Shown: piece by piece, positions 46,651-57,569 of the stretch
Layout: every line of letters starts with the position of its first letter
Numbering within the stretch: position 1 is the stretch's first letter
Origin: an uncultured Methanosarcinaceae archaeon
GTDB taxonomy: Archaea; Halobacteriota; Methanosarcinia; Methanosarcinales; Methanosarcinaceae
Direction: 5' to 3'
DNA: 64,000 nucleotides
Assembly (NCBI GenBank): GCA_963733675.1
Contig: CAVTET010000001.1
Location: forward strand, 1,088,001-1,152,000
Program-made: the position numbers and the translations under genes
Notes under the pieces: generated by a model
What the model was told of the DNA's origin: nothing
The model's database searches: none
What the model saw: only the letters and a program-made list of their open reading frames with translations

Positions 46651-48123
46651 ATGTTCAACAGGAATCATAAAAGGGTGTTATGCATGGATACTGAAAATCA
46701 ATTTTCTGAGAAAAGTGAGATCAATTTGGGGTATGATGTTATAATTATAGGAGCAGGGCCTGCTGGGATGTTTGCAGCCTACGAGCTCTCTATGACCCAT
46801 TTGCTCAAAATACTTATTGTGGATATGGGCAGAGATATAGAAAAACGCTTGTGTCCAATGAAGGCTCATACCTACTGCATGCACTGTATTCCGTGTGACA
46901 TTATGTGTGGGGTAGGAGGCTGCGGGACTTTTTCAGATGGAACTCTGAACTTGAGGCCAGATGTGGGAGGGGATCTGTCAGCTCTGACAGGAGATCATAT
47001 TGAAGCTTGGGAACTTGTTAAAAAAGTAGATAATGTTTTCCTTGGATTCGGAGCTCCCCATGAAGTCATGCTGTCTGAAGGGCCGGATATCGAGGAGCTA
47101 AAGCGAAGAGCTGCATCTGTAGGAGCCCGTTTTATCGAGATAAAACAGCGACACATAGGTTCGGATAATGCTCCTGCAGTAATAGGGCGCTTCAAACAGG
47201 ATCTCATTAATAAAGGAGTGGACTTCATGCTTGAAACAGAGGTAAAAGACCTTCTGATCGAAGAAGGAGCCTCAAAAGGTGTTATACTTTCTAGTGGGCA
47301 GCTAATTCCCGCTCGTTACGTCCTCCTATCTCCAGGGCGAAGAGGCTGCAATTGGGTTTCGGAAATGATTGAAAAACATGGGATAAAAGCTCGATATGGT
47401 GGAATTGACATAGGTGTAAGAGTAGAAATTCCTGCAATTGTTATGGATCCAGTAACGAAAATCAACCGCGACCCTAAGTTTCACATCCAGACCCGCCGCT
47501 ATGATGATTTTGTTCGGACTTTTTGTACCAATAAGCATGGCTTTGTAGTAAAAGAAGAATATGAGGATTTTATAGCAACCAATGGCCACTCTCTGACAAA
47601 CATAGAATCGGAAAATACAAATTTTGCTTTCCTTGTGCGTGTTGAACTTACCGAGCCGATAGAAAATACCACTAAATATGCTCGTTCAATTGCAAAGCTT
47701 GCAACTACAATCGGAGGGGGAAAACCGGTTCTACAGCGCATGGGAGATCTTAGGCGCGGCCGAAGATCCACAAAAGAACGCATTGTTAAAAATCTTGTTG
47801 TAAATACGCTCAAAGATGTCACTCCCGGTGATATCTCAATGGCTCTGCCTCACAGAATAGTTATGGATATAATCGAAGGTCTTGAGACCTTAAACGAGAT
47901 CATCCCGGGTGTTACTTCAGACTCAACTCTACTGTACGCTCCTGAAGTCAAGTTCTACGCAATGCACCTAAACGTAGACAGGCAAATGGAAACCAGTATC
48001 AAAAACCTTTTTGCTGCAGGAGACGGTGCAGGACTTTCAAGGGACATAGTCAATGCAGCTGCTACTGGAATTATGGCAGCTGAAGGGATAATCATGAGGG
48101 AGAAAACAGTAAACGCTGAATAA
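46651..48123 (+). CDS. FAD/NAD(P)-dependent oxidoreductase with Cys cluster
   Basis: GAGPAG, CP...C.HC.PC, GGCGTFSDG, AGDGAG. Confidence 0.9.
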   Translation: MFNRNHKRVLCMDTENQFSEKSEINLGYDVIIIGAGPAGMFAAYELSMTHLLKILIVDMGRDIEKRLCPMKAHTYCMHCIPCDIMCGVGGCGTFSDGTLNLRPDVGGDLSALTGDHIEAWELVKKVDNVFLGFGAPHEVMLSEGPDIEELKRRAASVGARFIEIKQRHIGSDNAPAVIGRFKQDLINKGVDFMLETEVKDLLIEEGASKGVILSSGQLIPARYVLLSPGRRGCNWVSEMIEKHGIKARYGGIDIGVRVEIPAIVMDPVTKINRDPKFHIQTRRYDDFVRTFCTNKHGFVVKEEYEDFIATNGHSLTNIESENTNFAFLVRVELTEPIENTTKYARSIAKLATTIGGGKPVLQRMGDLRRGRRSTKERIVKNLVVNTLKDVTPGDISMALPHRIVMDIIEGLETLNEIIPGVTSDSTLLYAPEVKFYAMHLNVDRQMETSIKNLFAAGDGAGLSRDIVNAAATGIMAAEGIIMREKTVNAE

Positions 48124-48225
48124 AGGGAGACCTAGAAAAAAAATGATTGAAAAATAATGACGGGGATACTAGATCTCCTACATCCTAACTACTAATAGAA
48201 AGCCTATCCAAGATTTTATGAAACT

Positions 48226-48846
48226 TCATAGATGGAGCATTAAATCTCTAGCTTGATCTAATAAACTCTTTCTCGCTAACAACAGGTATGGTTTAATGCT
48301 ACTTGGTCCAACTCCAGAATCGAAAGCCGCGTCTTTTATATATATGATATTAAAAAGTGGCGTGAAAGTATGCTCTATTTCAGCTTTTGAAATCCGCCTG
48401 GGCCCGTAGTCTCCTGGCTCTTTATCCGAGAAACAGAGCATGAAATATTTGCCGCCTGGTTTTAGCACTCTATGTATCTGCCATGCAAAAACTGGCCTTT
48501 CATCATCCGTCATCACATGAAACAAAACCGAATCAATAACGATATCAAATTCAGCTTCTGTGAATAATCGGTCCATCTGTAATATATTTCCAACTACAAA
48601 ATTCACCTTAACATTATGTTTTATAGCTTTTGCTTTTGCATCGTTGGTAGCATCTTCAACAATGTCTACACCTGTAACATCACACCCATTTATGGCTAAC
48701 ATTATTGCATTATCACCCCGGCCACATCCGATATCCAGAGCTCTTCCAGGCTTAATTTCTCCGTTCTTTATAAGAGCTTCGAAAACTGACTGGGGGTGAC
48801 CGATATCCCATGGTGGTGTACCCTTGTATGCTTCATTCCAATCCAA
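48226..48846 (-). CDS. Class I SAM-dependent methyltransferase
   Basis: PPWDIG, ALDIGCGRG, LKPGG. Confidence 0.92.
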   Translation of the reverse strand: MDWNEAYKGTPPWDIGHPQSVFEALIKNGEIKPGRALDIGCGRGDNAIMLAINGCDVTGVDIVEDATNDAKAKAIKHNVKVNFVVGNILQMDRLFTEAEFDIVIDSVLFHVMTDDERPVFAWQIHRVLKPGGKYFMLCFSDKEPGDYGPRRISKAEIEHTFTPLFNIIYIKDAAFDSGVGPSSIKPYLLLARKSLLDQARDLMLHL

Positions 48847-49247
48847 AATAATCTTCTCACGACCAAAAATTCAATTCCCATTTTGATTACAGATAAATAT
48901 TTTGCTAATTGATCATTGTATACTTTTAGCTTTCCCCGAATAAAATTATCTGATTAACCATAGCACAGTTTTCTTAAAATAAAAAATTTTATACTCTTTT
49001 TTGCGTTTTTAATTCATTACAGAACTGTATGCTAAAAAGTTTAGTAAAAACGACTGTTTTTCACTGTTTCTACCGTTATAAAATGAGATTTCGTGGTTAC
49101 GTCAATGCATAGATTTTGCTATAAAAACTGTGCATAAATGAAACAATCAAAATACAAATTTGTTAGTAGAATAATTTGCCATTAATCATGCTTTTCTGTA
49201 GCAAAAGAAAAAAAATTAATTAATCATTAATAAATAGATGAACTTAA

Positions 49248-50101
49248 ATGCATCCTTGCATGGTCTGTACTCGCCCATGAAACTGCCGGGCATGACATTC
49301 TTCATGCAGACGATGGCCTCCTTCCAGAAATGGTCAATACTGTCAGAGATGAGCTTATGAAGGGGAATGTTAATCCAAAGCTGCCCGATTACTGGGCAGA
49401 TAGGATCGATGAGACCGGTTCCGCTGTCATGGGCATACTGAACATGGGGTCAGTTGTCGGAATAGGCATCATTGGCTACTTTAGGGGTCTGGAAAAAGCC
49501 TGGGGCGGCGATGGGAATGCTAAGGAATATTGGCGATCCAGACCCGTCAAAAGATCCTCATCCCATAGATATTCTCCGCGAATATCTGGCTGCCTCTGTA
49601 GTTAGGCGCCTTATCTTCACCGGAGCCGAAGAGTGGGCAAAGGCCATCGAGGCTGAGATAGATAAAGACCTTCATACAATAAGTTTTGGCATGACCATTA
49701 TCAGCGCCGAGGACGCCAAAAAATCTTCAGACATTGTAGCTGAGGTTCTGGTAAATACAAAGATGAAGAGCCTGGAAAACCACGCTTTGAGCGAGATCCA
49801 GAACTGACACGATCTTGACGAAGGGATTATGGGAGAGATGCGAACTCTCTTGATGAAGCTTAGTCCTTTGCCGACAAATTTAGCTGAGGGAATCTATGCT
49901 GCCCACGTTGTGGCTGCGGCGGTAACAGCAGCCCTCGAAAAGAATGCTGATGTAGCTATAATCTTCGACTGTATGTTGGGCATGTTGAAGACTATGCATG
50001 ATACGAACTCGCCTTGGGGCCCACTCTACGTAGTGCACCCAGGCAACTTAAGTTCTTATAGAACTTATGTTCCTTTTGAGGAAGAGGGGATTCCTGAGTA
50101 A
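49248..50101 (+). pseudogene. Fragmented hypothetical protein
   Basis: Higher-GC coding-like sequence over three consecutive ORFs (frameshift plus TGA); HETAGHDILHA motif upstream. Confidence 0.65.
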
Positions 50102-50186
50102 GGCATCCATCTCCTTTGTTTTTTAAATAATGTCCCCTAACTATAAAATTTTTCAGCTTGTTTCGAGTTCACCTCATAGATAAAGG

Positions 50187-50335
50187 GGTTCTGGTGTAAA
50201 AAATCTGGCTTTGTTGCAAAATCAATGAAAACTTTACAATCAGGAAATTTAATCAATATCATCAAGGGAAAAATGATACACAAAGATCAGAATTATAGTA
50301 TCAACCTGCAGAAATACTATTTTTGCACCAGAACC
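50187..50335. mobile_element. 149-bp MITE (family A), left copy
   Basis: GGTTCTGGTGTAAAAA...TTTTTGCACCAGAACC; reverse complement of 51023-51171. Confidence 0.92.
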
Positions 50336-50379
50336 ATAATTTTAAACTGGAAACGAATATCAATAGGAGAAATAACATT

Positions 50380-50994
50380 ATGGGAACATTCAAAGGGCTT
50401 GTATATATAAAAAATGGGAGGATTGGAACAAAAAGTGAAGGTCCAGATTATTATCTCCAGACGTTTAACAAGTAGTACCTGTTAAAGCATGCAAACAAGG
50501 GTCTATGGGAACTGGATTACTACTTGGAGTTTTTCTGCCGTAAATTTGTTGATGTGAATGGCGAATATGATAAAGAGACAAATACAATAAATGTAAAGAA
50601 GATAGATGAAATCTGTGTGAAGAGCATCCCTCAAAATCATATTACAAATATTGAATGGCATTGGGCAGGTTTCCAGAAATCTAGCAACTCAGAAAACAAA
50701 ACCATTGTGCCTGATCCCGAGAATTACACGCTTGCCTTCTTTACTGACGGCACATATTATATCAAAGCCGACTGCAACAGAGGTGATGGAAACTATACTC
50801 TGAAAGGAGACAGCCTCAATCTTGATCCGGCTGAAATAACGCGTATGATGTGTGGACCTGATTCTATGGATCGTGAATATCTAGCGCTTTTATTAGATGT
50901 AAAATCAGAAACTATTAAGGATGGACAGCTTATCCTATATACCAGTGAAAGTAACACAATGTTCTTTAACAACGGAGGAGGGGCTAAACAGTAA
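50380..50994 (+). CDS. META/HslJ-domain protein with single in-frame TAG at 50473-50475 (pseudogene or amber read-through)
   Basis: AGGAGA RBS, ATG 50380 in frame with the 50524 ORF; ADCNRG.G.Y, TRMMCG META motifs. Confidence 0.7.
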
Positions 50995-51022
50995 ATTTGA
51001 TTTTAAAGCAACTTCCTACATT

Positions 51023-51171
51023 GGTTCTGGTGCAAAAATAGTATTTCTGCAGGTTGATACTATAATTCTGATCTTTGTGTATCATTTTTCCCTTGATGAT
51101 ATTGATTAAATTTCCTGATTGTAAAGTTTTCATTGATTTTGCAACAAAGCCAGATTTTTTACACCAGAACC
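51023..51171. mobile_element. 149-bp MITE (family A), right inverted copy
   Basis: Reverse complement of 50187-50335; the same spurious peptide appears in the ORF track on both strands. Confidence 0.92.
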
Positions 51172-51422
51172 TAAATTTCGGTAATTTTGTCTCCAACTAA
51201 CTGAAGAAGTTTGTATATTTCTTTAAGAGCAAAATCAGTAAGAATTTTCATAAGTAGAAATTATTGTCAAGAGATTCAAACTCTTCAATTTTCAAATACA
51301 TAGGAGTTTATCGAAACTCTCTAAATTTTAAAACGATTTATTTTATTATTTCAAATGGATTATTAAAGACTTTATAATATGGTTAGTATATTAGTTCCTG
51401 TTATCAATTCATTGTTGGCTAT

Positions 51423-52180
51423 TTAGTTATGACTAGTCAATGAAGTCCCAAGGATACCCAATTCTCCTTGAGTACCATTGCCAGCATTAGCTGCGATGCC
51501 GAATATGTAGTGAATATTATAATAAACATTGTTTGCGATCAGTATTTGATTTTTATCCCAGAATATACCATTCGGGTTAATAAAATTCACTAAAAAAGTC
51601 CCCACTGCAGTAGGTTGCAAGACTTTCGTAGCTGTGGCAGTAGAATTGTTATAATTCAGTACATAATCGCCTGATTGAGGAGAGGTATGAGAACCACCTG
51701 TAGAAGTATCAATCCACATTCCAATTGTTGTTATATTTGTAATGTCATTCTGAGTATGGATTGTTTGATCTCCTCCCTTTTGTGTAAAAATACCTGTACC
51801 AACAGCATCTGTGAAATTATCTAATGATACATTTAAAGTATCCTGTTCCTCCAGTATTTGTGACATTAACCACGAACTCCGCGTTTTGTCCTGGAATTAA
51901 GCCGCCAGCATAACAGTTAATAGGGATCGTTGGCTTTAGACTTGGTAAAGGAACTGCAGTTGATGTCGCAATAACAGTGTTTGAGATGGTATTCTGGTTT
52001 GTTGAATACGCTAAATTGATCACAGAACCAGCACCAAGGTCTGACTGCTGGATTGTGTAGTTTGCTGTTCCTGTAACATTTTTCCCTACGTTAAGACCGT
52101 TACTGGTTATATTGAATGTTCCAGTTTTGTTGTCTGTAACCGTAATATTTCCTGTGAGATCCACATTTCCTGAGTTTTTA
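51423..52180 (-). pseudogene. Surface-protein remnant (DUF11-like Ig repeats)
   Basis: GNVDLTGNITVTD, YTIQQSDLGAGSVIN, VNVTNTG; frameshift; no start. Confidence 0.65.
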
Positions 52181-52292
52181 GTGTCAAAATATTTTCCTAT
52201 TCCCCCCTTCCAAAAATGGAATCTTCTAACATTAATTCATTCAACCTCATGAGTTTTAAAATTGCTAAATATTCTTCACTCTTTTTTATAAA

Positions 52293-53528
52293 TTAGGTCC
52301 CACATTCCCAATCGTTCATATAACACTCCTGCTCGGAAGTGAGCTTATCAATGGTTATGCCCATTGACTCTAACTTCATTTTTGCTACATACATGTCGAT
52401 TCCTTGAGGTACCCTATGCACCCCATTTAGGAGTTTGTTCTCTGCAATATAGCGTACACAAAGAGCTTGATTTGCAAAGCTCATGTCCATAACCTCAGCG
52501 GGGTGTCCATCTCCTGCAGCTAGGTTGACAAGCCTGCCTTCAGCTATAACATTGATGTGCCGGTTGTCGATATAGTATTCAGTTATGTTGTGCCTGACTT
52601 CTCGCGCTGATTTTGCATGGGAAACAAGGGCTTCCATATCTATTTCTACATTGAAATGTCCGGAATTTGCAAGGATTGCTCCGTCCTGCATGACTTTAAA
52701 ATTTTCGTATGTGAGGATGTCGCGGTTTCCGGTAGTAGTAACAAAAATATCACCCAACTTTGCAGCATCGGCCATTTTCATGATCCTGTACCCGTCCATC
52801 TTGGCTTCAAGAGCTCTGATAGGGTCTACCTCAGTGACAATTACGCTTGCCCCAAGACCTGAAGCCCGCATTGCAACCCCGCGCCCACACCATCCATAGC
52901 CAGCAACAACGACATTTTTCCCTGCAACCAGAAGATTTGTGGTCCTGTTAATCCCGTCCCAGGTTGATTGTCCCGTTCCGTAGCGGTTGTCAAAAAGATA
53001 TTTGGTCCTGGCGTCATTTACTGCAATTACAGGCATTTTCAAGGCTCCTTCTTTTTCCATTGCATGAAGCCGATGAACTCCTGTGGTTGTTTCCTCGCAA
53101 CCGCCGAGAATATCCGGAAGCATGTCGATCCTTTCTTTGTGAAGCTTAAAAATAAGATCTGCTCCGTCATCGATTGTGATGTCAGGTTTAGAGTCAAGGA
53201 CTCTATCAATAGCTTCGTAATATTCACTGTTGCTGCACCCATATTTTGCAAAACAGTCTATTTTCTCACGGGTATCAAGGGCCTTAGCTACATCATCCTG
53301 TGTACTAAGGGGATTGCAGCCAGTTATGAATACCTTTGCACCACCTGCAACTAGAGTCTCTACAAGGACTGCGGTTTTTGCTTCTACATGAAGGGCCATC
53401 CCAACCTTCAGTCCATGCAGAGGTTTTTCTTTCTCGAATTTACCCTTGATGATCGCAAGTACAGGCATATGATTCCTTGCCCATTCCATTTTCATGTTTC
53501 CAGATTCGGTGAGTTTTGTTTCTGTCAT
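52293..53528 (-). CDS. ahcY: S-adenosylhomocysteine hydrolase
   Basis: CNPLSTQD, EETTTG, KYLFDNRYGTGQS, GYGWCGRG, EGRLVNL, GHP. Confidence 0.98.
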   Translation of the reverse strand: MTETKLTESGNMKMEWARNHMPVLAIIKGKFEKEKPLHGLKVGMALHVEAKTAVLVETLVAGGAKVFITGCNPLSTQDDVAKALDTREKIDCFAKYGCSNSEYYEAIDRVLDSKPDITIDDGADLIFKLHKERIDMLPDILGGCEETTTGVHRLHAMEKEGALKMPVIAVNDARTKYLFDNRYGTGQSTWDGINRTTNLLVAGKNVVVAGYGWCGRGVAMRASGLGASVIVTEVDPIRALEAKMDGYRIMKMADAAKLGDIFVTTTGNRDILTYENFKVMQDGAILANSGHFNVEIDMEALVSHAKSAREVRHNITEYYIDNRHINVIAEGRLVNLAAGDGHPAEVMDMSFANQALCVRYIAENKLLNGVHRVPQGIDMYVAKMKLESMGITIDKLTSEQECYMNDWECGT

Positions 53529-54099
53529 GTTGATCCCGTTATATGGCTATGGAGTTTAATTCGATTACTATGTTCGGTAAGTTGGTAGGATTGCTTTTTC
53601 TTCTTTCCTCAAGGATCAGAGAAATCAATTGCCTGCAGACCCTCTCCAATTAACTGAGCTTAAAGTTGCCTCTCACTTTACTAAGGAATCTATCTACCTT
53701 TTCAGATGTCAACCAAGGAATTGCATACTATCATTGTTAATTTTGGGGAAAAGCGTTTCATCTTCTCATAATCAGCTCTTAAAAGTCTCCCTATCTAGAT
53801 AAAAATTATTATCAGGATTATCCCACATATAGCATTAAATTTTGGTGGCAGAGAAAGATGAGAGTATTAAATACGGGATTTATATTAACTCTGCTTTTCA
53901 TGAGTCATTTATATCAAATTTACAAGCATATGACGAAATTTAGTTATTTATCAAGATTTCCATAGTTTCAAACGTATTTATTTACACTAGAGCCACCTGA
54001 GGTTCTATAATCATGATTAGAAAAGAAAAGATTACAAGAAAACGGTTTTTTTATTTTTTCTTCATTTCCAAGTGCTTTCAGTGGTTAAACTTTGCATTT

Positions 54100-54192
54100 A
54101 AGAAAATTTAACTAAATTCCTAAATTTTGTCATATGCTTATAAATGGTATATTAAAGATTCGTGAAAATCAGATGTTTATAGAAATCCTTTA
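54100..54192. mobile_element. MITE-like repeat, family B copy 4
   Basis: CCTAAATTTTGTCATATGCTTATAAATGG...CGTGAAAATCAGATGTTTATAGAAATCC. Confidence 0.65.
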
Positions 54193-55659
54193 AGTTTAGT
54201 GAGAGATGTATATCCTTCGCTATAAATTCATTTCCCTATGTTTTTGAAATGCTAATTTTTACGGTGAAGTTTATAGAGGATTCCAATTTCCCTCTAATTT
54301 TTTCTTCGAGAGAATTCTTTTCAAATCTTTCTCGCAAATTTCTTTATTTGACCCGATTTTTCTATTCTGGTTCATTATCCTTTGATTTTAAAGATAACTT
54401 TAGCTATTCTAAAAATACTTTTTTTATTTTCAATGCCACAATTGATAGAGATTATAATAAAATATGTACACAACATCTTCAGATTTACTCTTTGAACAGT
54501 AGTGATAAGAACTTTTCCGGCTTTGAATATCTTTTTAGCTCCGGCATAATTAGTTCCCTTATATTTTTTGAGCTTTTGGAAATATAGTGAACAGAAAAAT
54601 ATTTATGTAGGAAATTATTTTTATACTTTTCAAAACTTTACGATCGTTATATTTTCCTGACTTGAGCAATTACTCACATATAATTTCAAAAAATTGTTCA
54701 TTGCACTTCCACTTGAATAAGTTTCGATCTTTCATAAATTTAGAGGCAATTGTTGATGTTCCTGAAGTTTCTTGAATAAAAAAGCGCATTAACAAAATTG
54801 GTTTAAAGAGGATATCCCAGAAGAGTTGCAGTTTCCCATATAAGACCGTTCAGAGGCGACATCATCTAAAGCTCATCTATTCAGAATAGGATCTCTTCCA
54901 GGCAGTTCGATGATCACATACTCTTTTGTTTAATTTCCTCACTCTTTTTGACCTATTCACTTTCGTTAAAAAGTACATTGTTACCATTATTATTTTAAAT
55001 TAACTCTATGAAAAATTATTTCTGCACAAAAGTTACTTTTGCATAAAAAGTTTTAAAATTGGACAACAATTTTATATTAATTATGTATTATGATACGATA
55101 ATATTTCCAATCAATTAAGGAGTCAATTTCAGCAAGTTTGTCTCCAACTGACTGAAGATATTGTGTTCTTCTTTGAAAAAGGAAGATGTAGGTTAAATTT
55201 CCAATGTTTAAATGGAGCATAAGTGCATGGGAAGTTTACAAGTTATTTTTAAAAATTGAGCTTATCCCGAAAACAGTTATAACTTCACATCAATCGGAGA
55301 TTCAGCAAATTTTCGTTATCTTGGACTCGACTGATCGCTCGTATTCGAAAATTCAGATCTCAATTTTGGGTTTTGAGATCAGCTCAAGTATTGTGGACAC
55401 TGTATAAACGAAAACGACGCCAAAATACCTTAACGATAGCTAGCTAAATAACTTGAAAGGAAAGCTAGTGCTTCGATTCCAAAATACACTCGCAAAACTG
55501 AACTTTTAAATCTATTCATTGATCAATGAATTCATCCTTCAAAAATCTAGCAAGATTCTTAATTCTTTAGATGTGGGAAGAATGCGTAGTCTTATTAACT
55601 CCTGTTTTAGTAGAAAATTCACACGAAAGTTATAAATTTTTTGTATGAACATACTTGCC

Positions 55660-56823
55660 ATGGAATCTACTAAAACAATACTATTGGAAATAATGATACT
55701 GATTTTGATTTAGTAGAGACTATGAAAAAATATGCAAATGGAATGAACTAAGTTTCTAGTGTGGTTTTTGATAACTGAAGAATAATCCCGGCTAGAAAGC
55801 TACAATCTATGGTTTATGCTTATCTCCGAGGAAACATCAGTTTGAAGTCTCAAGTGAGTTGTAACATTCCAAGATAAGTTGCTGGGACTTCTAAAACAAT
55901 AGTAGAACTTACAAAAAGAGGAATGAGTTACTGACAAAAAGTAACATACTCTTCGACTTCTATGACATTTTCATATAAGAGAAATAATGCCATAACAGAA
56001 GACTCTGTGAGTATAACTACGGTTAGTCATATAGGAAAGCCTATAAAATTTGTAACTATCTCCTTATGCAGAGCAATTCTTTCGGTCTCCTTGAAAATCT
56101 GAAGCTTCTAAGTCGTGAAGCATAAGATGGTGATTATTATTTCCATTTTACTTATCACAAGAACTTCCAGACAAGAAAATAGAAGAGGCTTTTATTTCCA
56201 TGGGTATAGATCTAGGTATAATTTCTTAGCTGTAGCTTCAACTACTGACAAGAAATGCAAATTTTTTCCGGTAGATAAATAAAAACAAAAGAGACGTATA
56301 TAAAAATATGCTAGCCAGATTCAATCTAAGGGAACTTTGTCAGCTACGAGGATGATAAAATATTTAGCTGGAAAAGAGAAGCGTCTAATGACAGAAGTTA
56401 ATCATTGATCTACAAAGAAATCCTTAACCGTAATAAGTTATAGAACTAACAACAATCTAAAGAAGAAACAAAAAGATCTCCTTAATAGTTTGGCTTTTTA
56501 CCAATCACAACAATTTATTGAGTATAAAGCAAAGAGTTCAGGGTTAATAACAGAATATGTTAATCCGGAATATACTTCCAAGACTTGTTGCAGGTATAAC
56601 ATATCTCTAAAAATAATAGAAATGCATTTAAATTCCTATGTAAGGTTTGTAGTTTTGAACTTAGTGCCGATTTGCATGGAGCTAGAAACATCGAGCATAG
56701 AACTCAAGGCCATAGATCTCTCTTAGAGTCTCAGGGTGTCTATCAACCATCCACCCGGATAAGTATGATCTGATTTATCAGAGGGGATATCCATGCCTGC
56801 CACTGAAGTGGCAGGTAGTTGAC
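55660..56823 (+). pseudogene. TnpB (IS200/IS605-type) pseudogene with intact right-end hairpin
   Basis: MGIDLG, FIEYKA..SG..VNPEYTSK pieces; CCTGCCACT-GA-AGTGGCAGG hairpin 56796-56815, then TAGTTGAC. Confidence 0.85.
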
Positions 56824-56833
56824 AACGAGTAGC

Positions 56834-57325
56834 CTATTTTAAAGTCGAGCCAAACAACCTGGGAAACTGCTCAGTACTTATTGCAGTTCCCATGCAGTTG
56901 TTCAGCGTTACTGAGGATAAAAGCCCTATTACCTTCCCTACTTGCAATATCGGGGAACCGCTATCTCCAGGCTGTGGCAGATCTGAGATGGGAAATAGCA
57001 GATAGAGCAATGAAGCCCCGGCATTAATTACTTTGCATTTTATAACATGCATATCATTGACAAGTGTAGCAGTTTCCAGTACTTCTGCACTGCCAAATTC
57101 GGTGACTTCGAAAATGCAGCCATTAGGAAGCTCTATCAGAGCCAGATCAAAATCTTTAAAAATGTTCTTGACAACGAGTTCCCTTCCATCCACTGTCACA
57201 CGGTCTCCTGTCCCGCGAAATATATGGGAAGCTGCAACTATGCAATGTGATCCTTTGAATGAGATAACAGCACCGATAATACAGCGCATATCCTTATAGA
57301 AAAAGTAACCGCCTGATCTAATCAT
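56834..57325 (-). CDS. Trypsin-like serine protease domain protein
   Basis: AASH, DLALIEL, GDSGSP triad motifs. Confidence 0.85.
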   Translation of the reverse strand: MIRSGGYFFYKDMRCIIGAVISFKGSHCIVAASHIFRGTGDRVTVDGRELVVKNIFKDFDLALIELPNGCIFEVTEFGSAEVLETATLVNDMHVIKCKVINAGASLLYLLFPISDLPQPGDSGSPILQVGKVIGLLSSVTLNNCMGTAISTEQFPRLFGSTLK

Positions 57326-57569
57326 ATATTTGCCTCATCTGCTGATATCACTTAGACGTATTTTATGGTATTTCTGATATTTATTTTAACTCTAAGACGG
57401 AGAGTGCCCTTACGCGACACGCATCGGCATGGAAGGTGGGGATATTCGATGATATAGCAAATTGGAACTACTGATCCAATAGATTAATTAATGTACCATT
57501 GTGTTAAAAACTCAAATGAGCAAGTAAAAAATAAATCACAAAAGAGTTTAATCATCAGAAAGTAGTAAC

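Noticed and set aside
50225-51196. ORFs 50225-50410 and 50984-51196 sharing MKTLQSGNL...
   Set aside because: Chance open frames through the identical MITE copies.
36000-52200. Integron-like cassette array of small genes
   Set aside because: No integrase and no recognisable attC (RYYYAAC...GTTRRRY) sites; genes are in mixed orientation.
57395-57445. GC-rich patch between the protease and glpX as a riboswitch or ncRNA
   Set aside because: No convincing stem or known motif could be built by eye.
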